Numbered from the whole stretch's first letter, positions 49,734 through 62,930 are shown. The stretch: 63,477 nt of DNA, filler included, from Octopus bimaculoides (GCF_001194135.2; 5 parts of 4 records of this genome joined end to end with filler, not necessarily neighbours in it), one strand, 5' to 3'. Made by a program: numbers and translations. Notes: generated from the letters alone by a model not told the origin.

Positions 49734-50179
49734 AATGTAAAAATGTAAGACTATTTAATTAGTGAATACTTTACTAATATGGTATTGAGTACTCTATGCG
49801 TGTATGTATGTATGTATATATATATATATGTATGTATCTATGTGTGTATGTTTGTATTTATGTATGTATGTATATATGTTTGTATGTATGTATTTATGTA
49901 TGTAAGTATGTATGTGTGTATATATGTATGTGTGCATGTACGTATGTGTGTGTGTATGTAAGTATGTGTGTGTATGTATGTACGTATGTATCTGTGTGTG
50001 TATGTGTGTGTGTATATTTCCGAACGTTTCCCTTTTCCCGTTTTAAATTCCTTTGTTGTTACTTTGGGTTTTTTTTTTCTCGCAAAACATTTGTCTCTGG
50101 AACTTTCCAAAGATATTTCTTCCTTTTCTGCCTTCTTTATTCTCTTTCCAATAAACAAGTATTACTGTACTTAATTTCC

Positions 50180-50673
50180 AATTAGTCACTTCCTGGGTTC
50201 AATTCTCGCGCAGGTCGACATCAATTTTCCTCGTTCGTGGGGTCGATGAAAGGAAGTCCTAATACCAGTGATATACTTGGGCTCATATAATAACCGACAC
50301 TTTCTCTTCTCTCAAATATTGCTTGCCTTACGTTTTTGCGAAACATTTTTTTTTTTTTTGCAGCATCCGGCTCTTCTCGTCCTCGGTTCAAATTCCGCCG
50401 AGGTCGACTTTGCCTTACATCTTTTCAGGGTCGATAAAGAAAGTTCCAGTTGAGTCCTGCAGTCGATGTAATCGACTTACACCCTCCCCACAAAATTCCA
50501 GGTTTTGAGTCTATAGTAGAAAGAATTATTATTTTTATTAATTTTTTTCCAAACTTTACGTTCTCAGTTCAAATTCCACCGACGTCGATTTTGCGTCTCA
50601 TCCAATAAGTACCAGTTGTGTACTTGCGTCGATGTTACCGAGGGACCCCTCTCCTCAAAAATTGCTGGTCTAG
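50180..50673 (+). mobile_element. Three tandem SINE family B fragments
   Basis: Repeated gttcaa(a/t)tc..g.ggtcgac..tt blocks at ~50195, ~50385 and ~50565. Confidence 0.8.
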
Positions 50674-52429
50674 NNNNNNNNNNNNNNNNNNNNNNNNNNN
50701 NNNNNNNNNNNNNNNNNNNNNNNNNNNNNNNNNNNNNNNNNNNNNNNNNNNNNNNNNNNNNNNNNNNNNNNNNNNNNNNNNNNNNNNNNNNNNNNNNNNN
50801 NNNNNNNNNNNNNNNNNNNNNNNNNNNNNNNNNNNNNNNNNNNNNNNNNNNNNNNNNNNNNNGTTTCTTAATGTCACATTTTTCTTCATCTATTTTCGTG
50901 AGCGGCAAGACTGGATGAGGTTGAATGGATCTACTCAAAGGGGGAGAAAAGAAACTGGTAGAAGAGACTTCCGATGCCTTGGAGAAAGCACAAAGTAATC
51001 CAGGATTTTTTGGGGAGGGTTTCCCCGAATTACCTTAAAGGGATTGCCCCGCTCTTAGGGATTCTATTAATTTATTTTCCTTATTTCCATTTTCATATCC
51101 TTTCGTTTTATCCTTATTATTGTTGTGTCTCCTTCAGATCTCTGTAAACCCCACCTTTTTGCGTGTTACATTTCATCTTTTCATTTAGCCCTCAATGTCT
51201 TCGGTCCTTGTGGCTAATAAATGAAATCATCGCCATTGTTGCTGTTGCTATTATTATTATTATTACTATTTTGTCTTCAACGGAGGTGTCTGGTCCTTGG
51301 AATATCCCTCAATCTGTATTTAGGTGTATATATAAATACGCGTATCTTCGACCCGGCTTTAAGTGTTATCCGAGGTGTGAAAACAAAAATTGCGCCAAAC
51401 CACAAACTAGAAACGACCGCGCCGGCCTGAGATGCGAATTTGAATGAACGAGCCGCGTACTTTCACTTTCGCTTTCGCTTCTAAGCAGTTTTACGTGTCC
51501 CAGTCCTGTCATAAACCATTATACTACACACACACACACACACACGCACAGTAAATAAGTATAACCTATCTACATATACGTATATGTATATATACACATA
51601 CTAAATAGATATGCATTTAGACATACGTATACTTGAGTATCTTTCTCTCTCTCTCTCCGCTCTCTCCCCATCACCTCTCATTTTTCCCTATGTGTGTGTA
51701 CAAATACCTATACATGCATGCATACATATATATGTATGTGTGCGTGTGCGTGTATGTACGTGTACTTATAAATATACATACATACACACACACATATACA
51801 CACACATACACTGTATATTTGTATGTCATATTTGATGTTTCTTATGCTTTTGTTTAACGCACTAAGTATTGAGAACGGATCTATCCCAGAATGCCTTTGT
51901 CTCGTTTCGCGCCAATGAAGTTACTTAAGGCGAATATCATAGAAACACACATACACACACGAACAGTTATAAAATGACGCATACACACACACACACACAC
52001 ACACATTCACACATTTATTCATACATATATATATATATCACAGACAGGTGCACACACACACACACACACACACACATACAAACACAGACATTGGCCCACA
52101 CATATACTTACATATATGTACACAAAAATGCACAAATATACGCGTATTTAAACTCATACACATTCATACATTGATACAAACATTCACGCACTAAATATGC
52201 ACACAAATACAATACGTACACCCCCACACAATCATTTATATTATGCAGACACACGCACACAAACACACACATACCAAGTATTCACACACATACACAACAA
52301 ACTCACAAACACATACACACATTATACAAACATGTGTCGGCAAGGGATACATCACATAGTCATTTGTTGTGCTAGAAATAGCAGCCAAATCAAACTCTAC
52401 ATGCTTAAAATATGAAGGCCAATCATTGG

Positions 52430-52830
52430 GGTGCTGCCACTCTAGATGTTTTCATAGTCAGCAGCCGTCCGCCACTGGTCGCTCTCTCCTCCGTCCAGTC
52501 TTCGGTGTTGTCAAAGCAGAGTTTTCTGTGTCAGCCTCCCTCAAATGTGCCCCGAAGAATGGTTTTGGATTGGAATTTGTAGTGAGATAGATGACCATAG
52601 CAGGCCAGCCTTCGTCTTTTTACCTGCGCGAGGAGTGGTTCCTGTCTGTGAGCGCATTCGTTCATTTGTTACCTGACAAAGCCGTTTGCTTTGTGCTCTG
52701 TGCACGGAACGTGTAGCAGCCTGGATTCTTTGCTCTCGGTCAGCGGCAAGAGTCCAACTCTCACATCCATACGAAAGATCAAAATCACCAAAGTCTTGGG
52801 AAACTAATGGAATTGCTTTCCCATATGCTG
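52430..52830 (-). mobile_element. RTE-clade LINE ORF C-terminal remnant
   Basis: Minus-strand YGCESWTLAADREQRIQA, VTNERMRS, QEPLLAQVKRRRLACYGHL, SKTILRGTFEGG*, DNTEDWT and DQWR, with frameshifts. Confidence 0.87.
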
Positions 52831-53220
52831 GTTGCTCTTACAGGGTGTACAATGACTATCTTGTGGGAGGCCAATGCGAGGTCAAAGGGGTCATCTATGA
52901 GGCTGTGGTGATACTAGCGATCATAGTAAAAGCAGCAGCAGCGGCGGTATCGGCAGCAGAAACAACAACACTGACGCCAACGACACTACGGCCGGAGATG
53001 ACCACCACACCGACACCAGCAGCTGCGCCAGCGAAGCTACCGGCCGCACACTCAATATTAGCAACGACGGCACCCATACCATCGGCGACAGTAGCGCCAA
53101 CGCCAGGGCCAGGGATGACCACCACAACGACAACAGCTGCAGCACCTGTGGCAGCTCCAGCAGCACTGACGGCAACAACAACAACAACAACTCCTTCTCC
53201 CCCGTTCGTCAATTTCTACG

Positions 53221-53905
53221 ATGGCTGAAACGAAGGAACAGCATGCTTCCGTGAAATTCTGTTTTTTGTTGGGGAAAACGGCAGCCGAAACAGTTGTCGT
53301 GCTTCAAACAGCTTACAAGGACACTGCCATGATGCCACGAGCAAAACACAAGTTCACGAGTGGTTTCCATGCTTTTCGGATGGTCACTTGTCGCTTGAGG
53401 ACCAACTTCGTTCAGGACGACTGTCGACCTCTCGAACGAATGAAAACGTCATGAAAATTCACGAACTGATCTTGCTGGACCGTCACCGAACAATTGACAA
53501 ACCTGTTGATATGACTGGTATGTCCTGGAGCTCCTGCCGACGAATTTTGAGCAAGGAACTGTGAATGAAAAGAGTTGCAGCAAGATTCGTGCCTCGTTTG
53601 TTCACAGAAGATCAAAAATAGTCACCAGTGAATGCGTGTTGCGAACTGAAAGAATGTTTGGAAGTCCGTCTGGGTCTTCTATCGAAGGTCATCACTAGTG
53701 ACGAAAGCTGGTTCTACAGAATTTGCAGATGTGGAAGAGGTGAGGGGAAAAAAATACAACGGAGGCGTAAAAGGGTATCACTTCGCAAGAGTTCCAGCAC
53801 CGCTTCGAAAAGTGGAAAACCCGTCTGGATCGATGTGTAAGCATGTAAAACTAAGTGAATAAAATGATATTGCAAAATTCCGGCTTCTTTTGGGTACCCA
53901 CTTCG
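53221..53905 (+). mobile_element. Internally deleted mariner, N-terminus to first Asp plus C-terminus and right TIR
   Basis: MAETKEQHASVKFCFLLGKTAAETV, SGRLSTS, RFVPRLFT, VITSDESWF, then FEKWKTRLDRCV; TIR ccggcttcttttgggtacccacttcg-TA. Confidence 0.9.
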
Positions 53906-53936
53906 TACATAACATAGATGCATACATACATATATA

Positions 53937-54216
53937 CATAAGACAGTAGGGTGACTAGAGGGAGATTTGGTTGCTATTTCTACCAGGTCAAGCTACCATG
54001 TAGAGGCCTCCCTCATTAGCTCATACATACATATAAACATACATAAGACAGTAGGGTGTAACTTGAGGGAGATCTAGGTGCTATTTCTACCAGGTCAAGC
54101 TACCATGTAGCGGTCTCCCTCATTAGCTCATACATACATATACACAAACATAAGACAGTAGGGTGTAACTTGAGGGAGATTTGGGTGCTATTTCTAGCAG
54201 GTCTAGCTACCATGTC
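53937..54216. repeat. ~105-bp tandem repeat x2.6
   Basis: Units start at 53937, 54042 and 54149 (cataagacagtagggtg...gagggagat...ctccctcattagctcatacatac). Confidence 0.95.
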
Positions 54217-54821
54217 GATAGGGCCCTAGTGTGCACGAATGTGGTGTGGTGCTGCATTAGGCGGGGGTGGTGGTGTCCTACAATGTTATGGTGATCACTT
54301 TCTGCTGGTGTTTCTTATTCAATAAAGCCAGTTTGGTTTTGTGTTCGGTCAACCGGAGACAATGGCGCGTCCTGACGACAGAGAGAGAGAGGAAGAAAGA
54401 ACAGCGATGGAGNNNNNNNNNNNNNNNNNNNNNNNNNNNNNNNNNNNNNNNNNNNNNNNNNNNNNNNNNNNNNNNNNNNNNNNNNNNNNNNNNNNNNNNN
54501 NNNNNNNNNNNNNNNNNNNNNNNNNNNNNNNNNNNNNNNNNNNNNNNNNNNNNNNNNNNNNNNNNNNNNNNNNNNNNNNNNNNNNNNNNNNNNNNNNNNN
54601 NNNNNNNNNNNNNNNNNNNNNNNNNNNNNNNNNNNNNNNNNNNNNNNNNNNNNNNNNNNNNNNNNNNNNNNNNNNNNNNNNNNNNNNNNNNNNNNNNNNN
54701 NNNNNNNNNNNNNNNNNNNNNNNNNNNNNNNNNNNNNNNNNNNNNNNNNNNNNNNNNNNNNNNNNNNNNNNNNNNNNNNNNNNNNNNNNNNNNNNNNNNN
54801 NNNNNNNNNNNNNNNNNNNNN

Positions 54822-54855
<34 letters not shown>

Positions 54856-55845
54856 GTACAAACACACGTCTGCACACACATACTCATACATATATGTGTG
54901 TGTGTGTGTAAGTGGTCGGTCTCCCTGTTTAAGTAGTTGGCCCCAGGACACAATGTTAACGCTACCAAACACACATACACAGAGGGAGGGAAAGAAAATA
55001 GCGTAACAGCAATTACTGGCATTAATAAAGTAAATGAATAGACCAATAACGAAAACATAAATCACATGTTGATGGAGCTGGTAAGAGGAGGGGGGACAAA
55101 TAAAGAGAGAGAGAGAGAGGTGAAGAGAGAGAGAGAGAGATAGGTGAAGAGAGAGAGAGAGATTCATATCATGTCCACAAGATATTGTGATATCCATAAA
55201 CATGCGTATATAGACAGATATATAGATAGGTAGGGAGATAGATAAATAGATGGATAGATAGATATTTAGATAAATAGGTAGATAGACGGTTAGATAGATG
55301 GATATTTAGATAAATAGATTGATGGATAGATAGATAGATAGATGGAGGGATTGATAAATAGTTAGATAGATAGGGAGATAGATAGATAGATGGATGGATA
55401 GATAGACAGACAGACAGATAGATACACGACGAAAAAGAAGAAAGAATGAGAAAGGGATCATCCGAAGAAAAGAGGCAACGAAGGCTTGAAGTAAAAACAA
55501 AACAAAAACCGAAAAACAGGGGCCAAAGAAACGAGCAAATGATAAATAAATAGATAAAGAAACATGTAAAGATTCCATTTCCCGCCTCTGGCCTTTTCGT
55601 TCAGCGTGAAAATGTCCGACGGCAGAGTTCGAAACGTCGTTGGTGTTAGCGTTCGAGAGACGGATAGATAAACTGTGGTAGTGATGATGGTAGGGAGGGA
55701 TGGGCATGATGGAGAGGTTGTTCGTATAGTTTCTAGGTTAAAGTAGCCATGTTTTTTTTCTATATGACTGGTATATACGTGTGTGTGTGTGGGATGATTA
55801 TATTTGTGTTCTTTCTTCGGTTGGTTGGCTTCTTGAAAGTTATTA

Positions 55846-55895
<50 letters not shown>

Positions 55896-57117
55896 NNNNN
55901 NNNNNNNNNNNNNNNNNNNNNNNNNNNNNNNNNNNNNNNNNNNNNNNNNNNNNNNNNNNNNNNNNNNNNNNNNNNNNNNNNNNNNNNNNNNNNNNNNNNN
56001 NNNNNNNNNNNNNNNNNNNNNNNNNNNNNNNNNNNNNNNNNNNNNNNNNNNNNNNNNNNNNNNNNNNNNNNNNNNNNNNNNNNNNNNNNNNNNNNNNNNN
56101 NNNNNNNNNNNNNNNNNNNNNNNNNNNNNNNNNNNNNNNNNNNNNNNNNNNNNNNNNNNNNNNNNNNNNNNNNNNNNNNNNNNNNNNNNNNNNNNNNNNN
56201 NNNNNNNNNNNNNNNNNNNNNNNNNNNNNNNNNNNNNNNNNNNNNNNNNNNNNNNNNNNNNNNNNNNNNNNNNNNNNNNNNNNNNNNNNNNNNNNNNNNN
56301 NNNNNNNNNNNNNNNNNNNNNNNNNNNNNNNNNNNNNNNNNNNNNNNNNNNNNNNNNNNNNNNNNNNNNNNNNNNNNNNNNNNNNNNNNNNNNNNNNNNN
56401 NNNNNNNNNNNNNNNNNNNNNNNNNNNNNNNNNNNNNNNNNATATATATATATATATATATAAACATATATATATATATATATATATAAACATATATATG
56501 TATATGTATGTATATATACACAGACAAATATATTTATATATACACAAATATTCGTGTATGCATGCGTGCATGCACATATGTATGTATGTATGTAGACCTG
56601 CAAAGAGGGACGGGATTTTCCCAAAATTGTGAACCCCAGGGATTTAAACAAACCAAATGACGGGAACTAATTAAAGCTCTGCCCCCTCTCTATCCCCCTC
56701 CTTTGCAAACACTCATATATACACACATATATGCGTATGTATATACGCACATTCGCATATACATACATATATATACATGCATATTGGTGAAGAAGAACAA
56801 AAACGCAGTCAGATACACTCATACATATACACACAGACACACACGCACACATACATGCATATACACACAAGCGCACACTAAAATAGATTCAAACATATAC
56901 ACGAAAGAAAGAAAGAGAGAGAGAGAGGGGGGGGACAGAAATGGAGGCCCTCATTAATTCCTGCCATCTCCATCGAGTCGAACCGGAAGTGTGTATCTGT
57001 TCAACTATTGTCTTCCATTGTCATTGCCAGCGTAAACCGGAAGCTGGTTTGGAGTTGCAAAACCGCTCACATTGCTGCCGCCAGGGGAAGGGGTGGTGGT
57101 GGTGGTGGGTGGGGGTG

Positions 57118-57217
57118 NNNNNNNNNNNNNNNNNNNNNNNNNNNNNNNNNNNNNNNNNNNNTTAATTAATTAANNNNNNNNNNNNNNNNNNNNNNNNNNN
57201 NNNNNNNNNNNNNNNNN
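57118..57217. other. Artificial contig-joining linker
   Basis: N44-TTAATTAATTAA-N44. Confidence 0.97.
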
Positions 57218-57245
57218 TATATATATATATATATATCAATATATA

Positions 57246-57765
57246 TCATCATCATCATCATCGTTTAACGTCCGTTTTCCATGCTGGCATGGGTTGAATG
57301 GTTTGACTGGGGACTGGCAAGCCAGGAGGCTGCACCAGGCTCCAATCTGATCTGGCAATGTTTCTACAGTTGGATGCCCTTCCTAATGCCAACCTCTCTG
57401 AGAGTGTAGTGGACGCATTTTATGTGCCACCAGCATTGGAGCCAGTCAGGCAGCACTGGCAACAGCCATGTTTGGATGGTACTTTTTTTTTGTGCCACCA
57501 GAACAGAAGCTAGTTTGTAATGTATTCACCTTCCTACTTCCTAGCACTTTGGTTTCTGTAACATTGACTCTAAATCCCTTCGATTCTAAACCTTGCTTCT
57601 ACACCTAAATTTCTTCTCTAGTTCTTGTAGTGGTTCCGCTATGAGAGCAAGGTCAACAGCAAAGAGGAGATCCCAAGGGAAGCCTGTCTTGAATTCCTCT
57701 GTTATTGCCTGGAGGACTATGATGAATAAGTGGGTGCTGAGGGCTGATCCTTGGTGACCCCCTAC
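57246..57765 (-). mobile_element. RTE-clade LINE: RT core fragment fused to 3' UTR and (GAT)n tail
   Basis: Minus-strand HQGSALSTHLFIIVLQAITEEFKTGFPWDLLFAVDLALIAEPLQELEKKF..QGLESKGFRVNVTETKVL (YADD motif degenerated to FAVD at 57652-63), then a UTR matching 26860-26972. Confidence 0.9.
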
Positions 57766-59344
57766 CCACTGGTCATTTCTCCTTCTATTTATTAAAGAAG
57801 CAATATTATTAGAGTGACCAGTTAGCAGTGGTTACATTGTAGAAATACGTGTGCAATCTTCATTACAAGGACTTTCTTACAAAAAGTTGTCAGACAAGGT
57901 CAGTGATACTATCAATGTAACCCCTGTCTTTAGTCAATATATAAATTTAATGACATTTCATAGTGTTACCTAAGATCTTTCATTGAAAACAAATTTGAGT
58001 AAAACCTCACCATGGGTCATGGAGATACCAATGCCACAACGTATTAGCAAATTTTACCATTAGCATACTATTTCATGGCAACTGTGCAAAATCTTTTTCA
58101 AAATATTACATTTTATTTGGTATAAATCATGTTGAGTATGTTTATTTGTTAGTATTTGAACTATTAGGTTTATTTTTTGCATCTTACACAGAACAATCAT
58201 TAAACAAGTAAATAGTATTTTCCTCAACAATAGATCCTCTTATTTTGGTTTGTGACTTATTCACGAATATACCATGAACAACAATGCTTTTCATGTCACC
58301 TCAGCCAATTGACAGGCGCTACATGAAGAATTTTTCAGAGTTGCTTACTTTGAATTGCTATTATCTCATTTCCGAATTGCCTGCTATTACATAACATGAT
58401 TCACGGTTTTGGTATACATACCTTATTGGTATTTTCTCTTAAGTTCTGTATACTCTGGGAATGCATTAAAGCCATTTTCAGAGCTACTTTATTTGAACTG
58501 TTACTATCAGATAACTAATTTGCATGTTATTATGTAACTGACTTCATGATTTTGGCATTCATAATTTTTGGGAATTTCTAAAAACAAGATCCTATGTAAG
58601 GCAGTTTGATATTCTCTGTAAGTGCACAAAACCATTTTAAAGGCTACATACTTTGTATTGTTGCTATTGGATTAGTGAAATAATTTTGAGAACGGGACCA
58701 GGTGATAAGCCCCATTTTTCTGGGAATTGCCAGGTACATTAGATAGTACATCTAAATGAGTAGAAAATATAGATCCAGAGAAACATGTGGCTGTCACAGA
58801 AAGCCCTTCTTACAGACTCAACTATCTATTCACATAATAATCCAACAGAGAGAAGTTTAATGCAGAGTATCCATTCCACTAAAATCTAGAAAATTCAATC
58901 AATAGAATTATCTTATGAGGAATATACAAAGCCATAAAATTCAAGAGGTATGAGAGGTGAATAGATATTTTCATCTAACCAAGGATTATGAATTGTGGAT
59001 TATGGTCATTTTGCAGCCTCTTTTCCTATAGTATTAATTTCTGTGTTGAAGTAACTATGTTTACATGTTTGCATTGATATGCATGCTTGGCATTATACAA
59101 TACAATTGTATATTTAATGCAAATAAACAATGCTTGCTCATTAGATCATCAGAACTTCTGGAGTTAAATCATTGGTAATTGATTAGAGCATTGTTGTAAA
59201 CAAAGTAAAACAGTAAACCTTGATAAATACTGAGTTGTACAGTAAATCCTTACTAAACCTGTTACTAGCTCTTTCTTAATTGATGATATCCTGCTGTTTA
59301 CACTACTCTCAAAAACCAACTTTTTGTAATAACTTTTTTAACGG

Positions 59345-59499
59345 TACATTATTTACACTATTTACATTATTTACATTTGACAGATATTTTTCCTCATCTT
59401 GTTTGTTGTTAACACAGCATTTTGGCTGATATACCCTCCAGCCTTCATCAGGTGTCTATTTCAAACCTGGGTTCTCATTCCTAAGGTATTTTATGATGC

Positions 59500-59500
<1 letters not shown>
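59345..59500 (-). mobile_element. PLE-like repeat family H, left copy
   Basis: Inverted homologue of 59650-59800. Confidence 0.85.
59411..59456 (-). ncRNA. Type I hammerhead motif, decayed (G12A; stem III AUGC)
   Basis: Minus strand GACAC-CUGAUGA-A-GGCUGG(AGGGUAUA)UCAGCC-AAAA-UGCU-GUGUU. Confidence 0.55.
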
Positions 59501-59561
<61 letters not shown>

Positions 59562-59619
59562 CGAGTTTGATTCCAGGCAGTGACCTGAATAATAATAATA
59601 ATAATAATANNNNNNNNNN

Positions 59620-59649
<30 letters not shown>

Positions 59650-59651
<2 letters not shown>

Positions 59652-59830
59652 TCGAAAAATACCTTAGGAATGAGAACCCTTGTTCGAAATTTCCCCTAGA
59701 CACCTGATGAAGGCTGGAGGGTATATCAGCTGAAATGTTGTATTAGCAACAAACAAGAGGAGGACAAATGTCTGTTAAATGTAAAGACTATAAATAATGT
59801 ACATAATTCCTCATCTCTTAAATATAGAAC
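59650..59830 (+). mobile_element. PLE-like repeat family H, right copy
   Basis: atcgaaaaataccttaggaatgagaaccc...cctgatgaaggctggagggtatatcagc. Confidence 0.85.
59699..59744 (+). ncRNA. Type I hammerhead motif, canonical core, partly decayed
   Basis: GACAC 59699-703; CUGAUGA 59704-10; extra A; stem II GGCUGG/UCAGCU; GAAA 59732-35; AUGU (from ACGU); U17; GUAUU. Confidence 0.65.
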
Positions 59831-60103
59831 TGTACTTTTTTAATGGTCTTTTACACATTAATGAATTCTAGTTATCATGGCTTTGCCTTGGCTAAGAATG
59901 CCTCTTGTATTTACCTCACCAAGAAGTAGGAGCCAATAATTCGCTCTCCTAGCATTAACCTGAGAGTGTCTCATCAAAGTTAATTTTATTTCTCATTACT
60001 TACAATTTCATTTCTGTAAGTATCTTAAATTGACCCATCAGACAAATGCATCTATAGCTGCTTGATTTTAGAGCCTTCTCTTTTCCCTTAAAATTATTGA
60101 CAG

Positions 60104-60181
60104 TATTACTACAATACAAGTCATTGAAGGTGATACCTCCGTGAAGTACCAGACTGACTATGCAAATGTAGCCTACTTTAG
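60104..60181 (+). CDS. Candidate 78-nt symmetric exon, product unknown
   Basis: Acceptor ttttcccttaaaattattgacag, donor AG|gtattc, single open frame ITTIQVIEGDTSVKYQTDYANVAYF. Confidence 0.2.
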
Positions 60182-60835
60182 GTATTCTTAGTATTTCAGT
60201 GGCTATCACTAATGTTCTGACTGCTTTTCTTGTTTTGATATCCGTCATTCAACTGTATAGCTGTCAACGTTAATGGTCTCTCAGTTAGATCGAGTTGATG
60301 CAATCCTTTTCTCTCCTTCATCTATTCCTCGCACTCAGAAATTTCTTATAGTAGCATTTCCATGCCTCTTCATTCTCTGCATGGGTGAATGACTATATCT
60401 GAAACATTTACCAATTTTTGCAGCATTTACAGCTTCATGCACATTTATATCTGCATTATCATAGCTGCTTCATTTGTATTAAAACAGTTTTCTGTTCTGT
60501 TGAAAAATGGGTTTGGTACATACATGCATTGCAACATAAATGAAAGGTTACCTACACATATAAGCACGTGAATGCATGTCTATGTATATATGTATGTATA
60601 TAGATATGTATGTAGGTATGTATGTATGGGCATGTGCATGTATACATGTGTATGTGTGAATATATGTAAACATTGTACAACGTAACATACATAAATATCT
60701 TTCTCCTTATTTAACATTCATTATTATAACACATTAACTGAAAATTTACTCTTGTTCTCTTTATGATATTATCAAACTATATTCACTGTCAACATCATCA
60801 TTAAAATCAATCCTCATCATCAAATATGTGGATGT

Positions 60836-60886
60836 ACCTGTGCAAATTTAAGTGCATGTACCTGTGCAAATTTAAGTGCATGTATC

Positions 60887-60888
<2 letters not shown>
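60836..60888. repeat. 24-bp tandem duplication
   Basis: atgtacctgtgcaaatttaagtgc x2. Confidence 0.95.
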
Positions 60889-60937
<49 letters not shown>

Positions 60938-61057
60938 ATGTATATGCATATATGTATATGTGTGTGTTTATGTATATGAATAGATATGTGTGTGAGAGTA
61001 GCTACGTTTGTACAAAATATGAGTAGATATGTACATACACACAGATANNNNNNNNNN

Positions 61058-61094
<37 letters not shown>

Positions 61095-61750
61095 ATATGC
61101 ATGCATGCATATGCATAGTTTTATTCGTATGTATTTATATATGTATATATGCATGTGCATGTATGTGTGTGTTTGTGTGTCTTATACATGTATGTATATA
61201 CAAGCATGCATGTGTGTATTAACACTTGTATATGAAGTATTCGTATACATCAACATGCATTTCAATGGCTATCTGTGTTGCCGCCTCTATGTAAATATAT
61301 TTTAGATAGATTCCCTTAATATGTGTATTTGTAGTTGAAAAACTGAAGATAACACATATTTACATCATATTTCTAAATCTAATCAAGCAACTCAATTTTC
61401 TAAACATCAATACAAGCAAGAGATACTTCGGTTAGAGAAATTTTCATTTTCTTTTATCACCGAGCATTTGTTATATTTCAAGCGTTGACCTTCAACACTG
61501 TGGATAATCTATATGGTGTAAAATCTACACAATTCTGCAGCTGTCTTATTTTAAGAAAAGTAAAGTGTGAGTGTTGAGACAGGCTCCAAAACCATATTAA
61601 AACATCCAAAGAAATATGTTGATAAAATCTATCAAATTGTAGTTCATTTTAATCAATCTTTGTTATGAAAAATGACCTTCAAGAAACATCATGATTCTTT
61701 TAAGATTATATGTTTCTCTACATACATATGTGTGTGTATAAATGTGTTTG

Positions 61751-61787
<37 letters not shown>

Positions 61788-61957
61788 AAACACACACACA
61801 CACATTTATATGTACATATACAGATATATATATGTACACATATATAAATACATATATAACTATATATATATATATATATATGTATATANNNNNNNNNNNN
61901 NNNNNNNNNNNNNNNNNNNNNNNNNNNNNNNNNNNNNNNNNNNNNNNNNNNNNNNNN

Positions 61958-61995
<38 letters not shown>

Positions 61996-62666
61996 TATAT
62001 GCACACACACACAGAGGTATATATATGCATACATATTCTCATATATGAATACATATATATTCACTTGCATATATAAAAAATACATTTGTACATAAAAAGA
62101 TATGCACACATGTATAGATATATATATATAATATATGCACTTAAATAGTATGTATGTTTGTGTGTGTGTGTGTGTGTGTTCGTACATTCTTTTGTATACA
62201 TTCTCATAAACATGCACATACAGAAATAACCACACTGACACTCACACACATACTTGCATTTGCAAAAGCAAAATTTCTTTCCTAAAACATTTAATCTGTA
62301 AAATAAAACTCTACAGTTATATTTCACTAATATAGAATCCTCTTTGAATTTTTGCTTTCCTGGATCTCTGATTTAAGAACTGTCCTGAGTCAAAAGAAAT
62401 GTTCTTATTTAAGAAGTAAACATGGAATAATTTGTTTCCCCCAAATCAAAAGCTTTGCATCAATAGTCTCCTACTTGTTCCACAAAACAGGTGCTACAAC
62501 TACCAAAGTATTGATGATAATATAACATAGAAAGATACTGTGAACAAGAATAGTGCAACCAAAAAATAGAATTCTTGCAGTTCCAAACGATGCTGATTTT
62601 TGGAGGTGTTCTACCTTCACACTTGCGCTTATCTTTTTCAGCCATGTTGGTAGTTGAATGATTATT

Positions 62667-62880
62667 AAGGCAGTGAGCTGGCAGAATCGTTAGCACACCA
62701 GGTGAAATGCTTAGCAGTATTTTGTCTGCTGCTATGTTCTGAGTTCAAATTCCGCCAAGGTCAACCTTTGCTTATCATCCTTTCAGGGACGATTAAATAA
62801 GTACCAGTTACACACAGGGGTCAATGTAATTGACTTAACCCACTCCCCCAAGCTGCCCTTGTGGCAAACATTTGAAATTA

Positions 62881-62930
<50 letters not shown>

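Noticed and set aside
52686-53228. Thr/Ala/Pro-rich mucin-like ORF
   Set aside because: The first half is the antisense of the RTE remnant; the second half is a GCA/ACA triplet mosaic abutting a mariner.
54355-54412. Possible start exon MARPDDREREEERTAME
   Set aside because: It is mostly a GA microsatellite and is cut by a gap; support is insufficient.
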